This document shows positions 49,916-59,445 of a stretch of DNA of 64,000 nucleotides, piece by piece. The stretch is from Trueperaceae bacterium (GTDB taxonomy: Bacteria; Deinococcota; Deinococci; Deinococcales; Trueperaceae): assembly GCA_965213925.1 (NCBI GenBank), contig OZ243927.1, positions 1,280,001 through 1,344,000 on the forward strand. The letters run 5' to 3'. The notes below the pieces were generated by a model. It was not told where the DNA came from. It searched no databases and saw only the letters and a program-made list of their open reading frames with translations. Every line of letters starts with the position of its first letter. Position 1 is the stretch's first letter. Position numbers and translations under genes: made by a program.

Positions 49916-50617
49916 TCACCACTCCACCCGCTCCCCATCCCGGAAAAAGCCCCCTGTCGGTCCGCCATTCGGTAAGGTCGCCACCCACACCACGCTCGCC
50001 GCGCCGTCCTCGACCGGTCGTCCGCCCGAGCCGCCCATATCGGTCGCCACCCAGCCCGGACCTGCCGCGTTGACCAAGACGCCGCTGCTTTTAAGCTCGG
50101 AGGAGAGCATCAGCGTAAGGGCGTTTAAGGCGGCTTTGGACATGCTGTACGCGGGCGTGCCGCCCGACATGCCGCGCAGAGAACCCGCGCCGGAGGAGAC
50201 GTTGACGAGTCGCCCGTGTTCGCTTCTTTTGAGAAGTGGGACAAAGGTCTGCGCGGCGCGCCAAGGTCCGAGGGTGTTGACCTCGAAGACGTGCTTGACT
50301 CTCTCTAAGTCGGCGCTGAGGACGTTTTGGTCGGTGTCGTAGTCGATGCCGGCGTTGTTGACGAGCACGTCCAAGCGTCCGTATTCGCCCTCGAGCCACT
50401 CGTACACCTCTCGCAACGTCTCTTCGTCCGTCACGTCGAGCTGTTTAGCGGTGACATTCAACTCTTCATCTTGTAACCTCTTAGCAGCCTCTTCGCCCTT
50501 CGCAGCGTCGCGTGAGCCTAAGATGACGGCGTAACCCTTTCGCGCAAGTTGACGGCAAACTTCGAAGCCGATGCCCCGGTTGCCGCCTGTAACGAGTACG
50601 ACAGATTCGTCCTTCAC
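49916..50617 (-). CDS. Classical SDR (carbonyl reductase-like)
   Basis: TGGNRGIG, VLVNNAG, YSMSK and PGWVATDMGG. Confidence 0.92.
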   Translation of the reverse strand: MKDESVVLVTGGNRGIGFEVCRQLARKGYAVILGSRDAAKGEEAAKRLQDEELNVTAKQLDVTDEETLREVYEWLEGEYGRLDVLVNNAGIDYDTDQNVLSADLERVKHVFEVNTLGPWRAAQTFVPLLKRSEHGRLVNVSSGAGSLRGMSGGTPAYSMSKAALNALTLMLSSELKSSGVLVNAAGPGWVATDMGGSGGRPVEDGAASVVWVATLPNGGPTGGFFRDGERVEW

Positions 50618-50864
50618 AAAGATATCCTCCTGAATACAGCGTTTAGCAGCGCAGGCTCAGCATACGACGAAACTCCTTTGGGGCGTAGTCTGCAACGGTA
50701 GCGCCTTCACGCTTTACAGCAACCGAAATTGAGAACGCAGACTCAGCTTACTGTTCGAGGAAGGGAGCGGTGCTCACAGGTCATCACGGGAGGGTAGGGG
50801 GATTTTGGGGTCTTACGAAGTTGGAGAGGTCAAGCAAGGTACTGTACGCTTGAGGAGATTGACG

Positions 50865-51251
50865 ATGTCGGGATGCATCCAGGGACACGGCTATATTGAC
50901 GAGGAAGACGACAAACTTCTCTTTTGGAAAGTGGAGACGCTCTGGCGTTTGGCTGAGGCACTACCCATTCAGCATCTACCCTTGGAAGAAATTTACTGGG
51001 CAGACGATAACTGTGCCTATTTGGAGGAGGATGATTCATACTTAAACTTCGCTAAGCATGTCAAGCGTGTGTTAGACGCCGACCTATCTTTCCCGATTAT
51101 TATAAGTTCAAAGGGTATTGTCATGGACGGGATGCACCGACTTGTCAAGGCGCATATATTTGGCGTACCTACGGTCAAAGCTGTTCGTTTTAGTGAGATG
51201 CCGCCACCCGACTGCGTAGAACGTAAGAATGAGCGTAATTCAACCGGCTAA
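50865..51251 (+). CDS. Small ParB/Srx-like domain protein; start uncertain
   Basis: ADLSFPIII...GIVMDGMHRLVKA; lower GC than its neighbours. Confidence 0.65.
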   Translation: MSGCIQGHGYIDEEDDKLLFWKVETLWRLAEALPIQHLPLEEIYWADDNCAYLEEDDSYLNFAKHVKRVLDADLSFPIIISSKGIVMDGMHRLVKAHIFGVPTVKAVRFSEMPPPDCVERKNERNSTG

Positions 51252-52522
51252 ACCTCTCGAGGTAAAACGAGCGTAAACACCGCCCCACCCTCTGGATGAT
51301 TACGCGCGTCCAACGTCCCCCCGTGCGCCTCCACGAGCGCTTTCGCGATAGAGAGTCCCAAGCCCGAGCCGCCACCCAAACCACTACCGTCTTTCTGGCG
51401 CGTCCTCGAGGCGTCCCCCCGGTAAAAGCGCTCGAAAGCTCGACCGAGCTTATCGGGCGAGAGACCCGGTCCGTGGTCGCGCACCCAAACTTTGACGTGC
51501 TCCTCTTCTGCTTTAGCGCCGAGTTCGACGCTGCCCGGCGCGGCGTAGCGAACCGCGTTATCCAAGAGGTTGTTCAAGACTTGGGTAATGCGGTCGGGGT
51601 CAATAAAGGCAGTAAGGGCGTCGTCAACTAAGTAGAGACTCAAACTGACATTAGCTTGAGCCGCTCGCGCCCCAAACGCCTGAGCGCCCCGCTCTAAAAG
51701 AGGACGAATCTGCGTCTCTTCGCGTCGCAAGGACAGCCCGCCCCCTTCGGCTAGGGTGAGCGTGCGCAGGTCGCCCACCAGGCGCGAGAGCATCATCACC
51801 TCACCGTGGAGGCGTCCTAGACCGGCGTCGTCCAGTTCGACCACGCCGTCTTGCATCCCCTCCAATTCGCTGCGCATCACCGCTAAAGGTGTGCGCAAGT
51901 CGTGGGCGATGTCGGCGACGAGGTTGCGCTGTGAGACCTCTTGGCGTTCTAAACCCGTGACGAGGTGGTTGAAGGCTTCGGTCAGGCTACGCAGTTCGTC
52001 GCGGTTACGGGGCAGCTCGAGCCTCAGCCCCCGCTCCCCCGCCTCGAAACGCCGCGCCCCGTCAGTCAGCGCTCTTAGAGGACGGGTGAGAAAGCGCGTC
52101 GCGAAAGCGGCGACGCCCGAGGCGAGTAGGAACGACAAGAACGCTGCGAGAAAGGCGGTGCGCGTCACCTGCTGGAAGGCTTCGCGGATCGGCGCGTACG
52201 CGACGTTGTCCATGTCGGGTCTACTGCTCCCAAATGCGCCTCTCCCAAACATACCTTCCTCGGTATCTTCGTTGTGACCCGACCAGTTCCACCAGGAATG
52301 CTCCGACGTGTCTGGATAGGTCGGACCTGCCGCCTCGAACAGCGCGCGCTGCACCTCGAAGACCGCGCCCAGTGTGAGCCACGTGGTGAGGCTGACCGCC
52401 GTGAGCGCGACGAAAGCGAACATGAAGGTGAGGCGGCGGCGCAGCCCCCAGCGTGAGCGGCGTTTGGGACGCCAGCCCTTCTTGTGATACCGCCAGGAAT
52501 GTGGACGCCAACCTCTCGCCAT
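51248..52522 (-). CDS. HAMP-domain sensor histidine kinase (BaeS-like)
   Basis: Two TM segments, HAMP, DIAHDLRTPL, NLLDNAVRY, DHGPG and GSGLGLSIA. Confidence 0.92.
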   Translation of the reverse strand: MARGWRPHSWRYHKKGWRPKRRSRWGLRRRLTFMFAFVALTAVSLTTWLTLGAVFEVQRALFEAAGPTYPDTSEHSWWNWSGHNEDTEEGMFGRGAFGSSRPDMDNVAYAPIREAFQQVTRTAFLAAFLSFLLASGVAAFATRFLTRPLRALTDGARRFEAGERGLRLELPRNRDELRSLTEAFNHLVTGLERQEVSQRNLVADIAHDLRTPLAVMRSELEGMQDGVVELDDAGLGRLHGEVMMLSRLVGDLRTLTLAEGGGLSLRREETQIRPLLERGAQAFGARAAQANVSLSLYLVDDALTAFIDPDRITQVLNNLLDNAVRYAAPGSVELGAKAEEEHVKVWVRDHGPGLSPDKLGRAFERFYRGDASRTRQKDGSGLGGGSGLGLSIAKALVEAHGGTLDARNHPEGGAVFTLVLPREV

Positions 52523-52531
52523 GCATCTATC

Positions 52532-53218
52532 CTAACCGCGCAACCTGTAGCCGACGCCGCGCACCGTCTCCAACTGCTCGCCGCAGCCGCGCAATTTGCG
52601 CCGCACGTTCTTCACGTGCGCGTCCACGGTACGTTCGTCCGCGAAGCGCTCGGCGTCGCCCGAGGCGGCGAGGAGTTCGGCTCTCGAGCGCACCCGCCCT
52701 GGTTCCTTCGCTAACGCCGCCAGCAATCTCAGTTCGCTCGCCGTAAGGTCTACCTCTCGAGTTTTCCCCTTGTCGCGACACACGACTTCAAAGCGCCCCG
52801 CGTCCACCTCCAAACCTCCGACCTTGAAGACCTCTTGCGTGACGAGCTGACCACTCGAGCGCCGCAAGACCGCCTTGATGCGCGCCACGACCTCTCTCGG
52901 GCTGTAGGGCTTCACCACGTAGTCGTCCGCGCCCAGACCGAGCCCCAAGAGCTTGTCCACCTCTTCATCCCTCGCGGTCAGCATGATGATCGGCACGCCC
53001 GACTCACTGCGTATACGCCGCGCCACTTCGAAACCGTCCACAACGGGCAGCATGAGGTCTAACAGGACGAAGTCGGGCTGCGCGGCTCGCCACAGCTCCA
53101 AAGCCCGCGCCCCGTCTTTGGCGCGTTCGGTGCGGAAGCCCTCGCGTTTTAAGTAGTCCTCGAGGATATCCGCCAAGCGCGTCTCGTCCTCGACGATCAG
53201 GATAGTTTCCATTGGCAA
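52532..53218 (-). CDS. OmpR-family response regulator (BaeR-like)
   Basis: ILIVEDE, LLDLMLP, GADDYVVKPYS and TVRGVGYR. Confidence 0.93.
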   Translation of the reverse strand: MPMETILIVEDETRLADILEDYLKREGFRTERAKDGARALELWRAAQPDFVLLDLMLPVVDGFEVARRIRSESGVPIIMLTARDEEVDKLLGLGLGADDYVVKPYSPREVVARIKAVLRRSSGQLVTQEVFKVGGLEVDAGRFEVVCRDKGKTREVDLTASELRLLAALAKEPGRVRSRAELLAASGDAERFADERTVDAHVKNVRRKLRGCGEQLETVRGVGYRLRG

Positions 53219-53366
53219 TGCTCCTTAGATGATAAAGGGGAGCTTAGAAATGAAGGTGAAAGGATTGAGGACTGAGGTGAAAGAGCACTTCTCTTTCACC
53301 TCAGTCCTTTTCTCTCAGTCCTTTATATACCGAATCTTAGACACTTTCACACTGAGTCTCGCTCGA

Positions 53367-53828
53367 CTAGCTCTCGCTGAGCGTCCTCCTGACCGTCTCG
53401 AACTCCTCTTTCGTGATTTCGCCTTTGGCGAAGCGGGTGCGGGCGATATCCAGGGCGCGTTCGCGTCCCCAACTGCTCCCTAAATTGCTCCCTAAATTGC
53501 TGAGGTCAGGGAAGCTCGGATCGTTCCTCTTGTCGCCCTCGTCGCCACCTAAACCGCTGCGGATCGTCTCAAACTCTTCAGCGCTGATTTTGCCCTGGGC
53601 AAAACGCTCTTTCGCCATCTTGAGGGCGCTGTCTTCGCCGCTACTATCACCGTCCCAGCGGCTCCAGCCGCGACCTCTTCCGAACGGGGGGCGGTAGCGT
53701 CCGCGCCGCCCTAAGATGAAGGTGCGGAAAAACCAGACCACCGTGATAAAAAAGAGGATCGTCCCTAAGAAATTGAGAAAGCCTAAGCCGAACCCGTAAC
53801 CGTGTCCCATCGCGTGTGCGTACTCCAT
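53367..53828 (-). CDS. Membrane protein with two SHOCT domains
   Basis: One TM segment; AKERFAQGKISAEEFE and ARTRFAKGEITKEEFE. Confidence 0.85.
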   Translation of the reverse strand: MEYAHAMGHGYGFGLGFLNFLGTILFFITVVWFFRTFILGRRGRYRPPFGRGRGWSRWDGDSSGEDSALKMAKERFAQGKISAEEFETIRSGLGGDEGDKRNDPSFPDLSNLGSNLGSSWGRERALDIARTRFAKGEITKEEFETVRRTLSES

Positions 53829-53895
53829 TGTCGGTTCCTTTCCTCGAGCCACTGCGAGTTTTCCCTTCTGCGGGGTGTGGGCTCGAGCTGATAGA

Positions 53896-53950
53896 AGTGT
53901 AGGGCGCAGCCTGTGAAGCGCAGGTGGTGGTTATGTGAACGCAGTGTGAA
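53896..53950 (-). promoter_or_regulatory. TTCACA direct repeats (OmpR-type site) and a TACACT -10 box upstream of the SHOCT-RR-HK unit
   Basis: TGTGAA at 53912, 53934 and 53945 (11-bp phase); AGTGTA at 53896. Confidence 0.5.
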
Positions 53951-53954
53951 TGGG

Positions 53955-54102
53955 ATAGCAGGTCTCAGCCGTTCTCAGGCAAAGCCTAGCGGAACGGCTA
54001 GCGGAACCTCATCTGGTCAGCTACACTCGCACTGAGAAGAACATTGCCTAGCACGCACTTTCAGGGATGAAGTTTCGTTAGCTCTGCGAGCTGAAATCTG
54101 CG
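53955..54102. repeat. Dispersed repeat element, copy 1 (REPIN/MITE-like)
   Basis: Shares ordered blocks with 58787-58955; imperfect terminal inverted repeats GCAGGTCTCAGC / GCTGAAATCTGC. Confidence 0.7.
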
Positions 54103-54239
54103 GAGAAGTGGTGCAACGATAAGTGGAACTGCTAGGATTACAAAGGCGGGAGCAGCGTTCAGCACGCCCTTCAACCTCTCGCTTCGCGCCTGTCTCGTGG
54201 CGTCAGTTCCCGCACCACCTCTACGGTATGCTCACCGTG

Positions 54240-55181
54240 ATGATTCAGCGTTTAGAAGCCGTCACGCTAGGCGGCTTAGAGCAGTGGATTTACGTGAGCG
54301 GCGACCCTGAGAAGCCGCTCTTGCTCTTTCTGCACGGCGGTCCCGGCGTCGCGCAAATCGGCTTTGCGGAACGCTTTCAAGGTGAGCTTAAAAAATACTT
54401 TCTGGTCGTCCACTGGGACCAGCGCGGCAGCGGCAAGTCGCTTCGCGTCCGCACACCGAACATGACTTTGGGGCAATATGTCTTAGATGCAGAAGAATTG
54501 TCTCGCTACCTCTTAAAAACTTTCAACAAAGATAAGCTCTACCTCTTGGGTCACTCCTGGGGCGGCGCGTTCGGCGCGAAGGTGGCGCAGCGTGCGCCGG
54601 AGCTGTTTCACGCCTACATCGCTCAGGGGATGCTCGTACACGGTGAGGAGAACAAACGGCTCTCTTACGAGCGTGTTCAGGAGCAGTTAGAGAGTTTGGA
54701 AAACCGCGCCACCTTGAAGCGGCTTAAAAACTTGAGCGAACCGCCGCGCACAAAGCAGATACGCGCATTTTTAGTCCAACGCTGGGCAACGTTACGTTCA
54801 GGTGGGCTTTTTCACGACGAGAAATGCTGGCGTATCTACGCCCGCGCGATGCTCAGGTCAAAGACCTACACCTATAGAGATGCGCTCAGCTATCCGCTCG
54901 GCGTGTTCTCGTCCATTAGTTCACTATGGGATGAGGTGCTGGAGGTTGACCTCTTTCGAGATGTGCCGCGCTTAGAGGTGCCTTTTTACCTCCTGATGGG
55001 ACGCTACGACACGGTGACGCCGCCTGAAATTGCAGAGCGGTTTTTGGAGAAGCTGGGGGCTCCCCACAAAGAGAAAATCTGGTTTGAGCATTCCGCGCAC
55101 TGTCCGCACTTAGAAGAGTCTGAGCGGCTCGCGCAGGTACTCGCGGAGCGCGTTCTAGGCAAAGCTGAACCTACGGTCTGA
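54240..55181 (+). CDS. Alpha/beta hydrolase (prolyl aminopeptidase-like)
   Basis: HGGPG, WDQRGSGKS, GHSWG and SAHCPHLEE. Confidence 0.88.
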   Translation: MIQRLEAVTLGGLEQWIYVSGDPEKPLLLFLHGGPGVAQIGFAERFQGELKKYFLVVHWDQRGSGKSLRVRTPNMTLGQYVLDAEELSRYLLKTFNKDKLYLLGHSWGGAFGAKVAQRAPELFHAYIAQGMLVHGEENKRLSYERVQEQLESLENRATLKRLKNLSEPPRTKQIRAFLVQRWATLRSGGLFHDEKCWRIYARAMLRSKTYTYRDALSYPLGVFSSISSLWDEVLEVDLFRDVPRLEVPFYLLMGRYDTVTPPEIAERFLEKLGAPHKEKIWFEHSAHCPHLEESERLAQVLAERVLGKAEPTV

Positions 55182-55351
55182 GACTCGTACCGCCTACTAC
55201 GGTCACAGGGGGTCGTTTCCTCTAAAGTTTAAGAATTGAAGCGTTCGCTCGCTGAGGGTTTTTGATGAAAGTTTCGAGGTTCGGATGACAAAACAGAACA
55301 GTAAAGGAGACCGAGTGAGACTGACCTGGCTGAACCGTAGAAGAATGATGT

Positions 55352-56320
55352 ATGCCTGACGCCGCCATCGTCGTTGAAAACGTTCACAAGAGGTTCGGCG
55401 ACGTCGAAGCCTTGGCGGGCGTCGAACTTCGCGCCGAAGCGGGCAAGGTCTTTGGACTTTTAGGACCGAACGGCGCGGGCAAAACGACGCTCGTGCGCAT
55501 CCTCACCACGCTCCTCCAACCGGACAAGGGCGAGGTGCGCGTGCTCGGGCTCGACGTGACGCGCGAGGCGGAGACGCTGCGCGGGATCATCGGGCTCGCC
55601 GGGCAGTACGCCGCCGTGGACGAGAACCTGACCGGGCGCGAGAACTTGGAGATGGTCGGGCAGCTTTATCACCTGGGGCGGCGCGAGGCGAAGAAGCGGG
55701 CGCAGGAGGTCTTGGCACGGTTCTCGCTCGAAGACGCCGCCAACCGTCCTGTCAAAGGCTATTCGGGAGGAATGCGCCGCCGCTTGGACTTAGGCGCGAG
55801 CTTAGTCGGGCGTCCGCAGGTGCTCTTTTTGGACGAGCCCACCACCGGGCTCGACCCGCGCAGCCGCCTGGAGATGTGGGACCTCATCAAAGAACTTGTC
55901 GCAGGCGGGACGACACTCCTCTTGACCACGCAGTACTTAGAGGAAGCCGACGAACTCGCCGAGCGCATCGCGGTGATCGACGAGGGGCGCGTGATTGCTG
56001 AGGGGACGGCGGACACGCTTAAAGCGGAGTTGGCTTCGGACTTTTTGGAGTTGCGGCTCGAGCGCACTTCAGACGTCAACCGCGCCGCCGACGTGCTCCG
56101 CTCGCTAGGTGCGGACGCGCCTCAGGTGGACGAGAGCGCCGGACGCCTCACCCTGCCTGTCTCGGACGGTCCCCAGAGCCTCATCCAAGCAGTGCGGCGG
56201 CTCGACGAGGCGGACATCAGGCTCGCCGACCTGAGCTTGCGCCGTCCCTCGCTCGACGACGTGTTTCTCTCGCTCACCGGACAAAAGCAAGACCAATCTA
56301 ATAGTAGGAGCCGTTCATGA
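55352..56320 (+). CDS. DrrA-like ABC exporter ATP-binding protein
   Basis: GPNGAGKTT, YSGGMRRRLD and LFLDEPTTGLDP. Confidence 0.93.
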   Translation: MPDAAIVVENVHKRFGDVEALAGVELRAEAGKVFGLLGPNGAGKTTLVRILTTLLQPDKGEVRVLGLDVTREAETLRGIIGLAGQYAAVDENLTGRENLEMVGQLYHLGRREAKKRAQEVLARFSLEDAANRPVKGYSGGMRRRLDLGASLVGRPQVLFLDEPTTGLDPRSRLEMWDLIKELVAGGTTLLLTTQYLEEADELAERIAVIDEGRVIAEGTADTLKAELASDFLELRLERTSDVNRAADVLRSLGADAPQVDESAGRLTLPVSDGPQSLIQAVRRLDEADIRLADLSLRRPSLDDVFLSLTGQKQDQSNSRSRS

Positions 56321-57171
56321 GTCTAAACGCTCAAAATACAGGTGCCCAAAACGCCGAAGCCCGACCCGCCCAACCTTCCTCCCCGACCTTGTGGCAGCGC
56401 GTCTCCTACAACGTCAACGACACGCTCGTCATGGCGTGGCGCAACTTGATCCGTTACACACGGCTGCCGCAACTCTTGGTCTTTTCCACGATCCAGCCCG
56501 TGATGTTCGTCCTGCTCTTCGCCTTCGTTTTCGGCGGCGCGATTGAGACGCCCGGCACGAGCTATATCAACTACCTCATCCCCGGCATCCTCATCCAGAG
56601 CGTGCTCTTCGGCGCGTCGCAGACAACCGTCGGCTTAGCCGAAGACCTCTCGAAAGGGATGGTAGACCGCTTCCGCTCGCTGCCGATGGCGCGGGGCGCG
56701 GTTTTAGCCGGGCGCACCTTGGCGGACAGCGCCCGCAACGTCTTCGTGGTGCTGCTCATGCTCGTAGTCAGCTCGATTATCGGCTTTCGCTTCGAGGGGA
56801 GCATCCTGCAGGCGGTAGGGGCAATCGTTTTAGTGGTCTTTTTCGGCTTTGCCTTCTCTTGGATTTCGGCGCTGATCGGCTTGCTCGTGCGGGACCCTGA
56901 AAGCGCAGATGCGGCGGGCTTTGTCTGGATTTTTCCGCTCGTCTTCGCGAGTTCGGCGTTCGTGCCCGTCCAGACGATGCCGGGGTGGTTGCGCACCTTC
57001 GCGGAGGTGCAGCCCATCTCGGTGACGGTAGACGCGGTGCGCTACCTCACCTCGGGGGGCGCGGCACCGGGCGCGGCGCAAGGGGACGTCTTATGGGCGT
57101 TTATCTGGGCGCTCGGAATCCTCGCGGTGTTCGTGCCTTTAGCCGTGGCGCAGTATCGGCGGAGCACCTGA
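56317..57171 (+). CDS. DrrB-like ABC-2 permease
   Basis: Six TM segments, DRFRSLPM and SSAFVPVQTMPGWL. Confidence 0.92.
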   Translation: MSLNAQNTGAQNAEARPAQPSSPTLWQRVSYNVNDTLVMAWRNLIRYTRLPQLLVFSTIQPVMFVLLFAFVFGGAIETPGTSYINYLIPGILIQSVLFGASQTTVGLAEDLSKGMVDRFRSLPMARGAVLAGRTLADSARNVFVVLLMLVVSSIIGFRFEGSILQAVGAIVLVVFFGFAFSWISALIGLLVRDPESADAAGFVWIFPLVFASSAFVPVQTMPGWLRTFAEVQPISVTVDAVRYLTSGGAAPGAAQGDVLWAFIWALGILAVFVPLAVAQYRRST

Positions 57172-57214
57172 GCAACGTGCGAGAAGAGCGCTCAGATAGC
57201 AGAGTCAGAGTAGG

Positions 57215-58066
57215 ATGAATCCTATCTTAGTGACGGGTGCGACGGGCAATGTCGGCGCGGAAGTTGTTCGTCTTCTTCTGGAGCAAGGCTACCCCGTGAG
57301 AGCGGCGGTGCGGGATGTGGGGAAGGCTCGAGCCAAATTTGGCAACGCCGCCGACTCCACCCCCTTCGACTTCAGCAAGCCGGAAACTTACGACGCTGCT
57401 TTCGAAAACGTTGAAGCGATGTTCCTCATGCGCCCACCTGCCGTAGCGGACGCGAGCAAACTCAACGCGGCTATAGACGCGGCGAAAGCGGCAGGGGTTC
57501 GGCGCGTCGTCTTTCTCTCGCTCCAGGGCGTCGAACGCAATCCTTTTGTGCCGCACGCGAAGACGGAAAAATATCTGAAATCCTCCGGTCTTACCTACAC
57601 GTTTTTACGCGCCTCGTTCTTTATGCAAAACCTAGACACCACGCACCGAAAAGACATCGCGGAATACGGCGAAATCTTCGTGCCTGCAGGCAGAGGTAAA
57701 ACGAGCTTCATCGACGTGCGCGACATCGCGGCGGTGGCGGTCAAAGCGCTGACCGAAGAAGGGCACGAAAACCGCGCGTACGAACTCACAGGCTTAGACG
57801 CGCTCGACTACTTTCAGGTGGCAGCTATTTTCACAGAGGTCTTGGATAAAGAGGTCATCTACCCTAACCCCTCGCCTTGGCGCTTCTGGCGGCGGATGAG
57901 GAAGAGGGGACTGGAAGTCCCCTTTATCCTCGTGATGATCGGGCTCTATACGGTGTGCCGCTTTGGGTTAGCGTCCAACGTGACGCGGAATACGGCGCGG
58001 CTTTTGGGGCGAGAGCCTTTCTCGGTGCGGCAGTACGTGGAGGATTATAGAGAGAGTTGGCTGTGA
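57215..58066 (+). CDS. NmrA-family atypical SDR
   Basis: ILVTGATGNVG, FFMQN and FIDVRDIA. Confidence 0.88.
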   Translation: MNPILVTGATGNVGAEVVRLLLEQGYPVRAAVRDVGKARAKFGNAADSTPFDFSKPETYDAAFENVEAMFLMRPPAVADASKLNAAIDAAKAAGVRRVVFLSLQGVERNPFVPHAKTEKYLKSSGLTYTFLRASFFMQNLDTTHRKDIAEYGEIFVPAGRGKTSFIDVRDIAAVAVKALTEEGHENRAYELTGLDALDYFQVAAIFTEVLDKEVIYPNPSPWRFWRRMRKRGLEVPFILVMIGLYTVCRFGLASNVTRNTARLLGREPFSVRQYVEDYRESWL

Positions 58067-58067
58067 C

Positions 58068-58772
58068 TCAACGGGCTACCTTAAAGTCCAACGTGCCTGA
58101 GAAGGAGCCTGTCGAGACTACATCTTGCGTGCTTCCCTGATAACGTCCGGTCAAGCCTTCCGCACTTACTATAGCGTCCAAACTGAAATCGTCGTCTGAG
58201 CAGCTTACACTGTTGTTACTCAGATCGGTACTGCATTCCAACCACATCGCGTACTGGTCGCCTCGTAAGACTAGACCAAAGCCCCGTTGCGAAAATTGGA
58301 AACCGAGTTGGCGCTCGAGCGTCAGCGCCGCAGGTGTCTCTTGTTGCAGCGTACCCGTGAACTTATTGAAAATGTTGATGGGGAATCCTGTGCAGAGGTC
58401 GAAAGGGATAAGCTCGAGTTCCGCCTCCTCTATACCGTCATCATAGCTTCTATCACTTTCGTAAGTGAGCGTAACCGTCGCTGAATCTTGCACCTCAAAG
58501 GTGAGGGTACCGTCGCCAGAAATCTGCGTTGCAGGTAACGCAGGGGAAAGAGCGTCCTCTGGGCTCGCGCTAAGTATTGCGGTCTCAACGCCTTCTAACT
58601 CGTACTGGATTTGTATCTCGTCACCCGCGCAGGCGTAGCGAGGACCGTAAAATTCAGCCTCGTAGTCAGGCTTTAGAATCGTGACTTCGCCGTTAGCAGG
58701 CACGGACGAGGTCGAGTAACAACCTGCTAACGCTAAGCATAAAAGAGCGCAGAAGACAAAAGACCTAAACAT
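58068..58772 (-). CDS. Hypothetical lipoprotein, paralog of 59446-60234
   Basis: Lipobox LAGC and AGGAAAGG RBS; shares motifs with the upstream paralog. Confidence 0.75.
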   Translation of the reverse strand: MFRSFVFCALLCLALAGCYSTSSVPANGEVTILKPDYEAEFYGPRYACAGDEIQIQYELEGVETAILSASPEDALSPALPATQISGDGTLTFEVQDSATVTLTYESDRSYDDGIEEAELELIPFDLCTGFPINIFNKFTGTLQQETPAALTLERQLGFQFSQRGFGLVLRGDQYAMWLECSTDLSNNSVSCSDDDFSLDAIVSAEGLTGRYQGSTQDVVSTGSFSGTLDFKVAR

Positions 58773-58786
58773 CGCTTTCCTTTCCT

Positions 58787-58955
58787 ATAGCAGGTCTCAG
58801 CCGTTAGGCTAGCGGAACCTCATCTGGTTTGAGTGTACGTAGTTTTGCGAAGCAACACTCTCACTATATGAAGCGGCGTTGCAGGCAGCAAACTGCGCAA
58901 CTAGCACGCACGCTGTGAGATAAAGTTCCGTTACAGCAAAGCTGTGAAATCTGCG
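58787..58955. repeat. Dispersed repeat element, copy 2
   Basis: ATAGCAGGTCTCAGCCGTT, GGCTAGCGGAACCTCATCTGGT, CTAGCACGCAC and GAAATCTGCG, as in copy 1. Confidence 0.7.
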
Positions 58956-59442
58956 TTCATTTGTTTCAGTATGTTTTGGAAGTGCTGCTAAACAAACGAA
59001 ATGTAATACGAGCAGCGCAAACCCAACGCCGACGGCGCACGCTGCAAGGTCGATTGGATCAAACGTTCCACTCTGGAAATAGCGTGAGTAGCGCGGTCCT
59101 AGCGTTTCTAATTGCGCCCCGATAGAGGCGTGCTGACCCACTTCAAAGATAGTCTCAACGCTTAGCCAGAGCGCAGCACTTAGGAACGCCTTGCGGCGTG
59201 ACACCCCGAGCGCAAGCGTGCTGAGCAAGGTAAAGCTGAAGGCGTGCGTGAGCGAGGGGAGCGAACCGTTAAGTGGACCGAAGATGGCGGGTAAACTGTG
59301 CCTAAGACCAACGGTAAGCTCTAAAGAGAGAAACAGTGCGCCCGCAGGACGGGAGAGGTAGACGAGCGTGCCAAGCGCGAGACTCGTCAAAGCTAAACCA
59401 GCAAGCGTACTTGCAGGCGCACGCACCGCGGCTCTCACGGAG
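58809..59442 (-). CDS. Hypothetical multi-pass membrane protein; start uncertain, C-terminus reads into the repeat element
   Basis: About four hydrophobic segments; LPSLTHAF, FEVGQH and YFQSGTFDPIDL. Confidence 0.6.
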
Positions 59443-59445
59443 CTA

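Noticed and set aside
53955..54102. Hammerhead ribozyme on the minus strand (CGAAAC ... CAGATGAG)
   Set aside because: The core reads CAGAUGA rather than CUGAUGA, the cleavage triplet would be GUG, and copy 2 lacks GAAA.
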